Below are positions 9,008 to 19,384 of a DNA stretch of 64,000 nt, piece after piece. The notes under the pieces were generated by a model. It was given only the letters and a program-made list of their open reading frames with translations, made no database searches and was not told the DNA's origin. The translations under genes and the position numbers were made by a program. Position 1 is the stretch's first letter. The number at the start of each line of letters is the position of its first letter. Source of the DNA: Pseudomonadota bacterium (GTDB lineage Bacteria > Pseudomonadota > Gammaproteobacteria > Pseudomonadales > Azotimanducaceae); assembly GCA_038757945.1 (NCBI GenBank), contig JBCDGJ010000002.1, positions 24,186 through 88,185 on the forward strand, given 5' to 3'.

Positions 9008-9808
9008 TTGAACCCTTCTCCGGCCGGGTGCCACTCAATGGCAATACTCGACCTGGAGAACGAGATGCGGTTTCAGGCAACGACCATGGCACTGGTCCTC
9101 ACGATTTGCGCACCTTTAGCGCTTGCACAGCCGAACGACATCCTGTCGAGCAGCGGCTACGGCCCTTGGCTGAAGCTCGGCCAGCAACAGGCTGACACGA
9201 GGAGCGCAGCAGCTCAGCAAATCGGTGTCACGCAGCCCGTCCTTGACGGCACACCAAACGTCGTCACCGCCGGAGGGTCTGCGGATCAGACGGTCGCACA
9301 AAAAGCGCCAGGGCAGCAGGCAGGACAGCGTCCTACCTATACCCGAGGCACTACCGTTGGGGCAAACGTGCGCAGCGTGCAGCCAAAGTGCGGGGCTGGC
9401 TTGTCGATTCCGTTCCCGGACGTGTGCAAAACACCGAGCCCCGGCGGCCCGATACCCATTCCCTACCCGAACACCGCCTCGGCCAACGACACCGACGGTG
9501 CCAGCAACGTCGCGCGCAACAGGAAAGCAGGTCTACCGGCCATTGGTACGGGCGAACACCGCATCACACACGGCGATGAGGCGGCTGCGCAAGGTGACGG
9601 GGTCAGGAGCACGGCCAAGCAAGGTAAAACCGAGTTCGTCCAGTACAGCATGGATGTGAAGTTCGAGGGCAGGAACGCGGCCCGCGGCCTTGATCGCCTG
9701 TTGCCCAACGATCGCAACACACCACCGTTCCCGGTCCGGCAGGCACCGATCATCCGAGTACCCACGAACGACGCTCCCTGTCCGCTCTGCGGCGAGGATC
9801 GCAACTGA
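9008..9808 (+). CDS. Secreted DUF4150 (PAAR-like / Tox-PAAR-like) domain protein. The real start is probably the Met at about 9065 (MRFQATTMALV...).
   Basis: The C-terminal 150 aa, IPFPDVCKTPSPGGPIPIPYPNTASANDTD...GDEAAAQGDGVRSTAKQGKTEFVQYSMDVKFEGRNAARGLDRLLPNDRNTP, fit the DUF4150 pattern PD-C-TP...PIPYPN...GDEAG..GGV.S..KG...F..YS.DVKFEG.N..R..D....N..NT. An N-terminal Sec-type signal peptide (MRFQATTMALVLTICAPLALA/QP) and a low-complexity linker precede it. The protein ends in a PCPLCGE motif. Confidence 0.6.
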   Translation: MNPSPAGCHSMAILDLENEMRFQATTMALVLTICAPLALAQPNDILSSSGYGPWLKLGQQQADTRSAAAQQIGVTQPVLDGTPNVVTAGGSADQTVAQKAPGQQAGQRPTYTRGTTVGANVRSVQPKCGAGLSIPFPDVCKTPSPGGPIPIPYPNTASANDTDGASNVARNRKAGLPAIGTGEHRITHGDEAAAQGDGVRSTAKQGKTEFVQYSMDVKFEGRNAARGLDRLLPNDRNTPPFPVRQAPIIRVPTNDAPCPLCGEDRN

Positions 9809-9921
9809 AACCCGGTTGCCCGCGACAGCGGGCAGCACCCCGGCAGTCCGTGTTTGAACCTGATCGGGCCGGACCGCCACCCATCTGTACCACCACCCGA
9901 ACCAGAACCCAGGAGAGCATC

Positions 9922-10443
9922 ATGAAGACCATCCCCACCCTGAGCGCCTTGCTGCTGGTGATCGCCGCAGGCACCGCAAGCAGTGATCCGAGCACCAATC
10001 CGTACCACGACTGGCAGTCGATCTTCGATCCGGTCATCACGCAGCCGGTAGAGCCCGTCGAGGGTGAGCCCGAGATCATCGAAGAGCCTGCCGACAGCAG
10101 CGCGCCGATCGTCAAGGACGAACCGCGCCGCCGCAACCACCTGTATCCGGATCGCGGCCGTTGCGCCTACTCGTCGGAGTGCGGGCCCGACCTGCTGCCG
10201 ATCAAGCTCCCGAAACCCGGTCTGGAAGGCGACTACGGCGACAAGCCCAAGGAGGCGTACCTGCCGTCACCGTACCCGACGCTATTTGAAGACCAGCTCG
10301 ACGAGCGTGGCGACCTGGAGTACCGGATCGGTCTCGGCGACCGTCGTGCCAGCAGCGGAGAGCAGACCTTCAAGCGACTCGGTGCTCGCTGGAAGTCCCG
10401 CATCCCGCACCTGCGCTACAACGATGAGGACGAGAGCCGCTAG
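9922..10443 (+). CDS. Hypothetical secreted acidic protein
   Basis: The start is set at MKTIPTLSALLLVIAAGTASS (signal peptide) with an AGGAGA Shine-Dalgarno just upstream. Mature protein of about 150 aa is Asp/Glu/Pro-rich and carries a Cys pair (RCAYSSECGPD). No family recognised. It lies immediately downstream of the DUF4150 gene on the same strand. Confidence 0.5.
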   Translation: MKTIPTLSALLLVIAAGTASSDPSTNPYHDWQSIFDPVITQPVEPVEGEPEIIEEPADSSAPIVKDEPRRRNHLYPDRGRCAYSSECGPDLLPIKLPKPGLEGDYGDKPKEAYLPSPYPTLFEDQLDERGDLEYRIGLGDRRASSGEQTFKRLGARWKSRIPHLRYNDEDESR

Positions 10444-10509
10444 CAGGTCGACCACAGTACAGCCGGAAGCGCCCTGCAAACACGTCTGCAGGGCGCTCCC
10501 GCAGCTGCA

Positions 10510-11013
10510 CTAGGTGTCGCTTTCGACCTGAGCTTCGACGCCGATGCTGGCCAGCACCAGACGATCAAGGTTCAGCAGGATCACCAGCTTGTCGTTGATC
10601 TTCGCCAACCCCTGGATCAGCGTGGCATCGATCTCACCAGAGATGTTCGAGCTCTGCTGAATCTGCTCATCGGTCAGGTGGTATACCTCGGATACGCTGT
10701 CGACAACCAGCCCGACCACCTTTGCGCCAGCATCTGACTGAGCATTGACGATCACAACCGTGGTCGTTCCGCAGATTTCCTGCGCCGGCAGAGCGAACCG
10801 ACGGCGCAGATCGATGACGGGAATGATGGCACCACGCAGGTTGATGACCCCAAGCAGGTAGTCCGGCGCCTTCGGCAGCGGGGTCACCGGGCCCCAGCTC
10901 TTAATCTCCTGCACGCTGAGAATGTCGATCGCGTACTCTTCCTCGCCCAGCTCAAAGGTCAGATACTGGTTCTGATACTGAAGGTCGGTCTCGCTGATCT
11001 CTGCTGCGTCCAT
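10510..11013 (-). CDS. cheW: Chemotaxis coupling protein CheW
   Basis: QYLTFELGEEEYAIDILSVQEIK...VTPLPKAPDYLLGVINLRGAIIPVIDLR is the CheW-domain signature. The start is moved to the Met at MDAAEISETD. Confidence 0.85.
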   Translation of the reverse strand: MDAAEISETDLQYQNQYLTFELGEEEYAIDILSVQEIKSWGPVTPLPKAPDYLLGVINLRGAIIPVIDLRRRFALPAQEICGTTTVVIVNAQSDAGAKVVGLVVDSVSEVYHLTDEQIQQSSNISGEIDATLIQGLAKINDKLVILLNLDRLVLASIGVEAQVESDT

Positions 11014-11474
11014 TCCATTTCCCTGCACTGCGTTACCCTTCACCACCGCAGCGCCAGAGGCACTACAACGGTCAACCATCGGTCAGAGCTCCTTCACGAA
11101 CGAAAGCAACCTCTGACACCGATAACAAGAATAGACCGCGCAACGACAGATTGTGCTGGATCTCCCGCCGATTGCCGATTCTGTGCCCTGAGACACGTTC
11201 CCGTTCCGGACTACTTTGCCGCGCAGCTATCCGCCGTCACAGCAGCTAAACCCGGCTGTCCGTCCTAACCGGCGTGCATGTGCAATCGCCAGAATTCTGA
11301 CCGTTAACAGACCGGCTGACGTCACCAGAACGACGACGAGTGCGCTCTGTCTCGGATTCGGATGTTGGCCAGCAACGAGGAGAGATGCGTCTAGACTGAG
11401 GTAACACCCATCCGCTAAAGCGGCCGGTGGCGGCCGTTCAGGCATTCAGCAGAATCTGGAGAGAGTAGCTTCAT

Positions 11475-14075
11475 ATGGCACAGGGATCGCGCGCAAAAAG
11501 TTCTACGACGGGTAAAGCGCCAGCAAAACGACAGACGACAAAGCGGTCTACCGCCGGCAAAACGAAGCAGGAAAGTCCGATTCTCGAGCAGGCCATCACT
11601 GCAGTCGTCAGCATCGACGAAAACAACCTGGTGACCTTCTACAACAAATCCGCTGAGCTGCTCTGGGGCTACTCGGCAGAGGAAGTCATCGGCCGCAACG
11701 TGGCCATGCTGGTACCACCGGAGATGCAGAGCCAGCACGACAGCATGGTTGATGCCAACCGCACCACGGGTATCGACAAAATTGTGGGCACCAGCCGGGA
11801 AGTGCCCGTGCACCGCAAGGATGGCAGCCTCCGCTATGGCCGGTTGTCCCTCTCCAAAGTGCCGGTCGGCAAGAAAATCACCTACACAGCCTTCGTCGAG
11901 GACGTAACCGACCAGGTCCAGCAGCGCGAAGAGCTGCAGCAGATTTTTGCGCAGGCGGTTGACGCGGTCGTCAGCATCGACGAACAGAACATCGTGACCC
12001 GCTTCAACCCGGCGGCAGAGCGCCTCTGGGGCTACGACGCTGACGAGGTGCTGGGCAAAAACGTTTCCATGCTCGTGCCGCCAGAAATGCAGAGCCGGCA
12101 CGACGGCTTCGTCAACGCCAATCGCACCACTGGCGTCGACAAGATCGTCGGCACCAGCCGTGAGGTCCAGTTTCCCCGCAAAGACGGAACTCAGGTCTGG
12201 GGCAAACTCTCCCTGTCGCGAGTCAAGGTTGGGGATAGCATCACCTATACCGCCTTCGTTCAGGATGTCACCGCGGAGGTGGAACGACGCGAGGAGATCA
12301 AGGTCCTGTCGCTGGTTGCCAACGAAACCAGCAACTCGGTGGTCATCACGGACCCCCTCGGGCGCATCGAGTACGTCAACCCTGGCTTCTACAACATGAC
12401 CGGCTACACGCTGGACGACGTCGTCGGCAAGAAGCCCGGCGACGTGCTGCAGGGACCGTTGACGGATCAGGATACGGTGACCCGGATTCGTCATGCCCTG
12501 GAATCCCGCAAGCCGTTCTATGAAGAGATCCTTAATTATCGTCGCGACGGCAGCTCCTACTGGATCTCGCTGGCGGTCAACCCCGTGTGCAACGAGCAGG
12601 GGGAGATCTACAAGTTCGTCTCCGTGCAGGCGCTGATCGACGAGACCAAGCGCCAGCAGCTCGAGTATACGAACAAGATCAACGCGATCAGCCGGTCCCA
12701 GGCGGTGATCGAGTTTACGCCGGAAGGCAAGATCCTCGGCTGCAACGATAACTTCGAACGAGCCTCGGGCTTCAGTTCCGAAGAACTCATCGGCAAGCAC
12801 CACCGGATGCTGGTGGCCGCCGAGGAACAGGCGACCCCTGAATACCAGTCGCTCTGGAACCGCCTGGCTGCCGGCGAACCGTACGTCGCCAAGATCAAAC
12901 GGATGACCAAGAGCGGCGACCCCATGTATCTGCAGGCCTCGTACAATCCGATTCAGGACGCCGAGGGAAAAGTGTACATGGTGGTCAAGTACGCCTCTGA
13001 CGTCACCGAGCTGGAGCGTGAAGCGCTGATGGTTGCCGATGTGCTCTCGGAGTCGCGACAGGTCATGGAGGCCGTCGCCGAAGGCGATCTGACACAGACC
13101 GTGAACGGCCACTTCGAGGGCGACTGCGCTGTGCTGCAGAACGCCATCAACTCGAGCGTCGGCAAGCTGCGCGCAACGCTGGAGCAGATTGTCGAGTCGA
13201 GCCGCAACATGGGGCTGAGCGCGCAGACCGTCAGCCAGGGCAACCTGTCGCTGAGCCAGCGCACCGAGAACCAGGCGGCCACGCTGGAAGAAACGGCTGC
13301 CAGCATGGAGGAAATGACGAGCACCATCCGCTCCAACGCCGAAAACCTGAGAGAGGCGGATTCTCTCGCGGAAGTGGCGCGGGAAAAGGCCGACACGGGC
13401 GGCTCAGTGGTTGCTCAGGCCGTGCACGCCATGGATGAGATCAATGATGCCTCGAAGAAGATTGCCGACATCATCGGCGTCATCGACGAGATCGCGTTCC
13501 AAACCAACCTGCTGGCACTCAACGCCGCCGTCGAGGCCGCTCGCGCTGGTGAGCAGGGACGTGGATTTGCCGTGGTTGCTACGGAGGTCAGGAACCTGGC
13601 TCAGCGCAGTGCGGGTGCTGCCAAGGAAATCAAAGAGCTGATCAAGGACAGCGTCACCAAGGTCGATGAAGGCTCCCTTCTGGTGAACCGATCGGGCGAA
13701 ACGCTCACCGAAATCGTCGCCTCCGTGCAGCGCGTCAACGAGATCATCGGGCGTATCTCCGTCGCCAGCCAGGAACAGGCCGAAGGGGTCGACCAGGTCA
13801 ACCAGGCTGTTTCGAACATGGATCAGATGACGCAGAAGAACGCGGCGCTGGCCGAGGAAGCCACGTCAGCAAGTATGAACATGTCATCGGAATCGGAGTC
13901 TCTGAACCACCTGATTGGCGTATTTCAGCTTGGCCAGGAGCTCGAGCCGCAGCCGAGCCCTGCGGAGTTTCGAGCTCAGCCGACACCGCAGCCCGCAGCA
14001 ACCCAGGCCGCACCGGTCCAACGCCCCGTACCGGGCGCAGGGGGAGCCGCGGCTGAAGAGTGGGAAGAGTTCTGA
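11475..14075 (+). CDS. Soluble methyl-accepting chemotaxis protein with four to five tandem PAS domains, a HAMP-like linker and an MA signalling domain. It ends in the pentapeptide EWEEF.
   Basis: 866 aa. Repeated PAS blocks (...VVSIDE.N.V..FN.AAE.LWGY...[34 protein letters not shown]...). The signalling-domain consensus is [37 protein letters not shown]. No transmembrane segment is evident. The C-terminus is ...[18 protein letters not shown] Shine-Dalgarno lies 8 nt upstream of the ATG. Confidence 0.9.
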   Translation: MAQGSRAKSSTTGKAPAKRQTTKRSTAGKTKQESPILEQAITAVVSIDENNLVTFYNKSAELLWGYSAEEVIGRNVAMLVPPEMQSQHDSMVDANRTTGIDKIVGTSREVPVHRKDGSLRYGRLSLSKVPVGKKITYTAFVEDVTDQVQQREELQQIFAQAVDAVVSIDEQNIVTRFNPAAERLWGYDADEVLGKNVSMLVPPEMQSRHDGFVNANRTTGVDKIVGTSREVQFPRKDGTQVWGKLSLSRVKVGDSITYTAFVQDVTAEVERREEIKVLSLVANETSNSVVITDPLGRIEYVNPGFYNMTGYTLDDVVGKKPGDVLQGPLTDQDTVTRIRHALESRKPFYEEILNYRRDGSSYWISLAVNPVCNEQGEIYKFVSVQALIDETKRQQLEYTNKINAISRSQAVIEFTPEGKILGCNDNFERASGFSSEELIGKHHRMLVAAEEQATPEYQSLWNRLAAGEPYVAKIKRMTKSGDPMYLQASYNPIQDAEGKVYMVVKYASDVTELEREALMVADVLSESRQVMEAVAEGDLTQTVNGHFEGDCAVLQNAINSSVGKLRATLEQIVESSRNMGLSAQTVSQGNLSLSQRTENQAATLEETAASMEEMTSTIRSNAENLREADSLAEVAREKADTGGSVVAQAVHAMDEINDASKKIADIIGVIDEIAFQTNLLALNAAVEAARAGEQGRGFAVVATEVRNLAQRSAGAAKEIKELIKDSVTKVDEGSLLVNRSGETLTEIVASVQRVNEIIGRISVASQEQAEGVDQVNQAVSNMDQMTQKNAALAEEATSASMNMSSESESLNHLIGVFQLGQELEPQPSPAEFRAQPTPQPAATQAAPVQRPVPGAGGAAAEEWEEF

Positions 14076-14215
14076 TCCGGTAGAGGACCGAAAGCAGGCG
14101 ATCTCCCTGCCTTGCCATCGCAAAGCAGGGCTAACGCCGTAACGCGCCAGGAAATCACCTGCGACCGTCGAAGGGAGCAACCACCCCAAGCGCCTGCCGG
14201 CGCGGCGGAGCGCTC

Positions 14216-15343
14216 TCAGCCGGCGGCCTGCACCGACGGCGCCACAGCCTCCTCGAACAGTCGCTGCAGCGTAGGACCAATCTGATCCAGCGGCAATTCG
14301 GCAACCGCGCCGCCGAGTTTCACGGCGCTGCCGGGCATTCCCCAGACTGCGCTGCTGTTGCGATCCTGCACCAGCGTCAGCGCGCCGGCATCCCGCAGTG
14401 CCTTCATGCCAACGGCGCCGTCCTCTCCCATACCCGTCAGCAGGACGCCGACCGTTGCGGGCGCACACTGCGCAGCCGCACTGCCGAACAGCACATCAGC
14501 AGACGGCCGGTGCCCGGAGACAGGCAGTGCTTCCGTGACGACGGATATCAGCCGGCCATCGCGACAGCGGACTTCCAGGTGCTGATCACCGGGCGCCACG
14601 TACGCGTGTCCACCCTGGAGCGGCGCCAGGTGGCCTGCAATTTCCACTTCAAAGCGGCTGATGCTGTTGAGCCGGCCCGCGAAAGGTGCCATGAACTTTT
14701 CCGGCATGTGCTGAACGAGCGCAACGGCAACCTCAGGGTGGTAGAAGTTTTCGAGCACCGTGCGCAGTGCTTCCGTGCCTCCGGTCGAAGCGCCTACGGC
14801 AAGCAGCCAGCGGGCGGAGCCCTTTGCCAGCGCCCGACGCCGGAGCGGTCGGCTCCAGTTGGCGGCCAGGTCGGCTGCTGTTTCGGAGCGAGGTAGGGTT
14901 GGCGGCGCGGTCTCGGCAGGCGTGCGTGTGATCGCCAACCGACTGCCTGCCGCGCCGCGAATCCGCTCGATCAACGCCCTGCCGTAACGGGCACGTTCCT
15001 CGGCGCTCTCTGGCGTTCGCTTCTCCAGAAAATCAACGGCTCCAAGCGCCAGCGCATCCAGCGACACCTCAGCACCCTGCTCTGTCAGAGACGACAGCAT
15101 GACGACCGGCATCGGCCGCAGGCGCATGAGGTTGCTGAGAAACGTGATGCCATCCATCTTCGGCATTTCCACATCCAGGGTGAGTACATCCGGCTGCAGG
15201 GTCTTGATCATTGATCGGGCTTCGTAGGGGTCCAGCGCCTGGCCGACGACCTCGATACCCCGATCCGCTGCCAGCAGCTGGCGCAGAAACGCACCGATCG
15301 CTCTGGAGTCGTCGACGATCAGTACACGAATAGGATCTGACAT
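14216..15343 (-). CDS. cheB: Protein-glutamate methylesterase/deamidase CheB (receiver plus methylesterase)
   Basis: MSDPIRVLIVDDSRAIGAFLRQLL...QPDVLTLDVEMPKMDGITFL is the receiver domain. The C-terminal methylesterase domain is also present. 375 aa. Confidence 0.9.
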   Translation of the reverse strand: MSDPIRVLIVDDSRAIGAFLRQLLAADRGIEVVGQALDPYEARSMIKTLQPDVLTLDVEMPKMDGITFLSNLMRLRPMPVVMLSSLTEQGAEVSLDALALGAVDFLEKRTPESAEERARYGRALIERIRGAAGSRLAITRTPAETAPPTLPRSETAADLAANWSRPLRRRALAKGSARWLLAVGASTGGTEALRTVLENFYHPEVAVALVQHMPEKFMAPFAGRLNSISRFEVEIAGHLAPLQGGHAYVAPGDQHLEVRCRDGRLISVVTEALPVSGHRPSADVLFGSAAAQCAPATVGVLLTGMGEDGAVGMKALRDAGALTLVQDRNSSAVWGMPGSAVKLGGAVAELPLDQIGPTLQRLFEEAVAPSVQAAG

Positions 15344-15367
15344 AGGGGAAGCCTCCGGAATTGCAGC

Positions 15368-16000
15368 CTAAAAGAGCTCGAGCTCGCCCGCAGGCGGCGG
15401 ACGCTTGCTCTCTGCCATGAGCTCCTTCTCTTTGACGGCGACGTAGTTGACATAGGAGTCACGCAGACGGCGCATGCGTGCGCGGCCGGAGCGTGGCTCG
15501 AAGAGAATCTTACGGGCATAGTCCGCGCCCAGATCGCGTGACAGCACGTTGAGTCCTTCCGCGAGCACGTACTGCTCAACGAAGGAGATGTTGGTCTCGC
15601 CAACGTCGGTCGCGATGTCCAGCACCCGGGCGCCGCCGAACAGCTTCACCTCGAGACGGGACTTCAAACCACCGTTCTTGATGACCGTGTTGATCAGCGC
15701 TTCCATGGCAAAGTTCCCAAACCGGTTCATGGCCGAAGAACCCTCGCCCCAGCTGTCCGCCCGGGCTTCATTGCCAACCGGGAGCATGAAATGGTTCAGC
15801 CCCCCAATACCGGCAACGGGATCGCGCACACAGGCGGCAATGCAGGAGCCCAGCACCGTCGCGATCGACTCGTCCTGGTTGCTGACATAGAACTGACCCG
15901 GCAGCACCTTGGCGATGGATCTGCCGCTGCTTCGATCGAAGAAGGTGTGTGCGTTCCCTTCCTGAACGACCCTGCCAGATTGGGCACCGATACTGGTCAT
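15368..16000 (-). CDS. cheD: Chemoreceptor glutamine deamidase CheD
   Basis: TVLGSCIAACVRDPVAGIGGLNHFMLP is the CheD signature. 210 aa. Confidence 0.85.
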   Translation of the reverse strand: MTSIGAQSGRVVQEGNAHTFFDRSSGRSIAKVLPGQFYVSNQDESIATVLGSCIAACVRDPVAGIGGLNHFMLPVGNEARADSWGEGSSAMNRFGNFAMEALINTVIKNGGLKSRLEVKLFGGARVLDIATDVGETNISFVEQYVLAEGLNVLSRDLGADYARKILFEPRSGRARMRRLRDSYVNYVAVKEKELMAESKRPPPAGELELF

Positions 16001-16845
16001 AGACGCCGATAAACCGTGTTCGAGATACGTTCATAGAGGTCATCGAGCCCTCGGATCGATTCCGAATGGCCGAGAAACAGCAACCCACCGCTCAGCTGAT
16101 GCCGGGAAAACTGCCTGATGACGCGCACCTGATCGTCACGGGTGAAATAGATCAGAACGTTGCGACAGAAGATGACGTCAACCGGGTTCTGCAACGGCCA
16201 GCTACCAAACAGGTTCAGCTGCCTGATGATCAGCCCCTCTCGCAGCGGTGCCTTGGCAACGAGCTGACCGTCACGCTGATCGAACCAGAGTTTTCGACGC
16301 TCGTCGGTCAAGCCGCGGATGGATGACATCCTGAACCGGCCAGCCCGGGTGCGGTTAATCATCTCCGTGTCCAGATCGGTGGCCAGCAGACGGTAGTCGG
16401 CTGCGCCTTTGAGCCGACACTCGTTCAAGGTCATCGCGATGGAATAGGGTTCCTCGCCGGACGAGCAGCCGGCGGACCAGAATCTCAACAGCGCTTTCGC
16501 CCCCGCTCGCTGCCGGAGCGCGGGCAGCGCTTCTGTCCGTAGGAACTCGAAGTGATGTTCTTCACGGAAAAAGTAAGTGAGGTTGGTCGTGACCGTGTTA
16601 ATGAACTCAGAGAGCTCCGGCGAGCCCGGCCGACGGATCTCCTGAATGTAGTCCGCAAAGGTCGACAGCCGAAGATCCCGCAGGCGGCGGGTAAACCGCG
16701 CGTAGAGCATGGTGCGCTTGCTGTCATCGAGATGAATGCCGGTCTGCTCGAGAGCCAGCTCGCGCAGCGCATTAAAGTCCCGGTCGCTGAGGTCATTCGG
16801 AATCGTAACCGGTGCCGCAGGAGGCCGTGTACGGAGCGGATCCAT
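15997..16845 (-). CDS. cheR: Chemotaxis protein methyltransferase CheR
   Basis: DFNALRELALEQTGIHLDDSKRTMLYARFTRRLR...TNLTYFFREEHHFEFL...RFWSAGCSSGEEPYSIAMTL is the CheR N-domain plus SAM-methyltransferase core. The start is moved to MDPLRTRPP, which removes overlap with the upstream STAS gene. The stop overlaps the cheD start by 4 nt. Confidence 0.85.
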   Translation of the reverse strand: MDPLRTRPPAAPVTIPNDLSDRDFNALRELALEQTGIHLDDSKRTMLYARFTRRLRDLRLSTFADYIQEIRRPGSPELSEFINTVTTNLTYFFREEHHFEFLRTEALPALRQRAGAKALLRFWSAGCSSGEEPYSIAMTLNECRLKGAADYRLLATDLDTEMINRTRAGRFRMSSIRGLTDERRKLWFDQRDGQLVAKAPLREGLIIRQLNLFGSWPLQNPVDVIFCRNVLIYFTRDDQVRVIRQFSRHQLSGGLLFLGHSESIRGLDDLYERISNTVYRRL

Positions 16846-16852
16846 GGATCGA

Positions 16853-17140
16853 CTAGCGCGGGGAAGCCATGGCCGCTTCAAGCAGCGAGCGGACCGACAG
16901 GTCGTCGAGCGCCTCAAGCACGGTGTCGGACAGCTCCGCAGTCAACACCCGTTGCGAGCCCTCGAGCCGGTGCAGGAACGCGATCAGCAGTTGAACGGCC
17001 GCGTAGTCCATGCTCGTGCAGTGGGAGCCGTCGAGGTGGAGAGCTTCGGTGCCTTCAAGAGCCTCCCCAAAAGCTCGAAAGACGGGCTCCGTTGCCTCGA
17101 GCTTAAAAGTCTCCGGGAGTGTGATCGTCGCGGTATTCAT
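16853..17140 (-). CDS. STAS-domain protein (anti-sigma-factor-antagonist-like) embedded in the che operon
   Basis: 95 aa with a STAS-like pattern (LHLDGSHCTSMDYAAVQLLIAFLHRLEG). It sits between cheA and cheR on the same strand. Confidence 0.65.
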   Translation of the reverse strand: MNTATITLPETFKLEATEPVFRAFGEALEGTEALHLDGSHCTSMDYAAVQLLIAFLHRLEGSQRVLTAELSDTVLEALDDLSVRSLLEAAMASPR

Positions 17141-17233
17141 TAATTGTTCTACCTGTCTCTGTCCAAGCCACGCCCGACACGTCGTCAGGGCTACCAGCCT
17201 GCGGCGCTCAAGGCGCTTGTCCCTGCACTTGCT

Positions 17234-19384
17234 TTACGCCGAGAGCGCAAGGTCCTTCGCGCTGAAAGGGTTGCTGCCCTGGGTGAACGCCGGTGGATCA
17301 AGAATGAGCGCAACGTTGCCGGTGCTCATGATCGTCGCGCCAGCAATACCGGGAACAGCCCGATAGTTCTCGTCCAGAGCCTTGATGACCGCTTGCTGCT
17401 GGCCCTCTACCTGATCGATGACCAGTCCGGCGAGCTGGCCATGGTTTTCTATAATGACGATGAGCTCGCCGCGGTGGTCCGCCGCAATGTCGAAGCGCGA
17501 GGCGAGGTCGATCAAGGGCAGGTACTGATCCCGAAACTCGAACACTTCGGTCCCGTTCGGCAATCGGGTGAGGTTGCAGTTTGTAATCTCAATGGTCTCA
17601 ATGATCGACAGCAGCGGAATGACAAAGGTGTGCTCACAGACCGTGACCAGCTGACCATGCAGGATTGCAAGCGTAAGCGGGAGCCGGATGATGACGTTGG
17701 TGCCGCTGCCCGGTTCCGACTCAAGGTCAACGTGCCCGCCAAGATCGAGAATGTTCTTTCGAACCACGTCCATGCCGACTCCACGGCCGGACACATCGGA
17801 CACTTCGCTGGCCGTGGAAAACCCCGGCGCAAAGATCAGACGATTGATCTGATCATCGGACAACTGCTCATCAGCGCCGACCACCCCACGCTCGATGGCT
17901 TTGCGCAGGACCACTTCGCGGTTGATGCCACGTCCGTCGTCTTTGATCTCAATGACGACCGAGCCGCTCTGATGGTAGGCGAGAAGCTTCAGTACGCCGG
18001 TCTCCGGTTTGCCTGCCGCAAGACGTTCCTCCGCCCCTTCGAGACCATGATCGAGGGAGTTGCGGACCAGATGAACCAGCGGATCCATGATCCGCTCCAG
18101 TACCGTCTTATCGATCTCCGTTTCACCCCCTTCGACGACCAGCTCAACGCGCTTGTCGAGCTTCCGCGACAGATCACGAACCAGCCTTGGCAGCCGGTTG
18201 AAGCCGCTGGACAGAGGCAGCATCCGGACCCGCATGACGGATTCCTGCAGCTCCCGGGTGTTGTGCTCGAGGTCAGCGAGACGATCCCGTAGCTGCTCGA
18301 TATCAAGGCTGTCTTCGCTGGCTCCGAGGCGGTTCAGCATCGATTGCGTAATGACCAGCTCCCCAACCAGATTGATGAGCTGATCGATCTTTTCGGTCGA
18401 AATGCGAACCGAGCTGGCATCGGAGCTGGCTGCTTTGTCGCGGCGCGAAGAACCCACCGCCTTGACCGTCCCGTCCTGTGTCGAGCCTGGGCCGGCAGCA
18501 GGTGCCGTTTCAGCAGCGGGCGCCGGCACAGGAGCAGGGGCTGGCGGAGGCTCCTGGGCGGACCCCTGTGGCTCCGCGTCTGGCACCGGCTGCGGTTCTT
18601 CTGCAGTCGCCGCAGCAGCTGCAGAGGGTTCGGTGCCCGGCTCGTCGAGGCCCGTAACGGTAACCTCGCAGTCGAACTCGACCCACTCGAAAATCTCCGT
18701 CACCGCAGACTCGGGACAGTCGCTGATCAGGCGGGCAGTCCAGCTCAGGTAGCAGGCCTTGGGGTCCATCGCATCCCAGCTGGACAACGAGTCCAGCTCC
18801 GGGGTCAGCTCCAGGGCGCCAAGCCGCTTGAGCTCGCGCAGCAGCAGCAGCGGGTCGTTGCCCCGACTCATCAGCTCCGGCTTCGGCACGAAGCGAATAT
18901 GCCAGCCGGACGCTGCAGCCGGCTCTGCTGCAGCTGCCTCTCCTGATGCAGCTGCAGGAGCTCCTGGTGTCGGATCAGCTGCTGCTGGGACAGAAGCTGC
19001 CGAGCCAGCGACCGCACTTTCGAGCCGTTCCTGCATGGGAACGCGCTCCTTATGATCCGCATCGCCGCGGCTCTCCATGAGCTCCCGGACAATATCGACG
19101 GATTCCAGCAGCAGCTCGAGATCCGCATCAAGGACCGGCCGCTTTTCGGACCGCATCTCGTCGAGCAGCGTTTCCATGTGATGCGTCAGTTCTGCCATCG
19201 CGGCGAAGCCGAAGGTGGCACCACCACCCTTAATGGAGTGAGCGGCGCGAAACACTTCGTTCAGAAGCTCGAGGTCGTTGTCACCACGACCAAGCTGCAG
19301 CAAACCCTGCTCGAGGATATCGACGTTCTCGCTGCACTCGTCGAGAAAGATGCTCTTCAGTTCGTCGAGTTCCTGATCATCCAT
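17234..19384 (-). CDS. cheA: Chemotaxis histidine kinase CheA
   Basis: HPt domain (FRAAHSIKGGGATFGF), a Pro/Ala-rich linker, a dimerisation domain, an HATPase_c domain (HLVRNSLDHGLE...IEIKDDGRGI) and a C-terminal CheW-like domain. 716 aa. Confidence 0.92.
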   Translation of the reverse strand: MDDQELDELKSIFLDECSENVDILEQGLLQLGRGDNDLELLNEVFRAAHSIKGGGATFGFAAMAELTHHMETLLDEMRSEKRPVLDADLELLLESVDIVRELMESRGDADHKERVPMQERLESAVAGSAASVPAAADPTPGAPAAASGEAAAAEPAAASGWHIRFVPKPELMSRGNDPLLLLRELKRLGALELTPELDSLSSWDAMDPKACYLSWTARLISDCPESAVTEIFEWVEFDCEVTVTGLDEPGTEPSAAAAATAEEPQPVPDAEPQGSAQEPPPAPAPVPAPAAETAPAAGPGSTQDGTVKAVGSSRRDKAASSDASSVRISTEKIDQLINLVGELVITQSMLNRLGASEDSLDIEQLRDRLADLEHNTRELQESVMRVRMLPLSSGFNRLPRLVRDLSRKLDKRVELVVEGGETEIDKTVLERIMDPLVHLVRNSLDHGLEGAEERLAAGKPETGVLKLLAYHQSGSVVIEIKDDGRGINREVVLRKAIERGVVGADEQLSDDQINRLIFAPGFSTASEVSDVSGRGVGMDVVRKNILDLGGHVDLESEPGSGTNVIIRLPLTLAILHGQLVTVCEHTFVIPLLSIIETIEITNCNLTRLPNGTEVFEFRDQYLPLIDLASRFDIAADHRGELIVIIENHGQLAGLVIDQVEGQQQAVIKALDENYRAVPGIAGATIMSTGNVALILDPPAFTQGSNPFSAKDLALSA

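Noticed and set aside
11080-11474. A sigma-28 (FliA) promoter upstream of the MCP / divergent cheW
   Set aside because: Only a weak GCCGATTC resemblance to the -10 element was seen, without a properly spaced TAAA -35 element. Not supportable by eye.
11415-13112. 565-aa minus-strand ORF
   Set aside because: It is antisense to the multi-PAS MCP. It is His/Gly/Val/Asp-rich with no domain.
17144-18292. 382-aa plus-strand ORF
   Set aside because: It is antisense to cheA.
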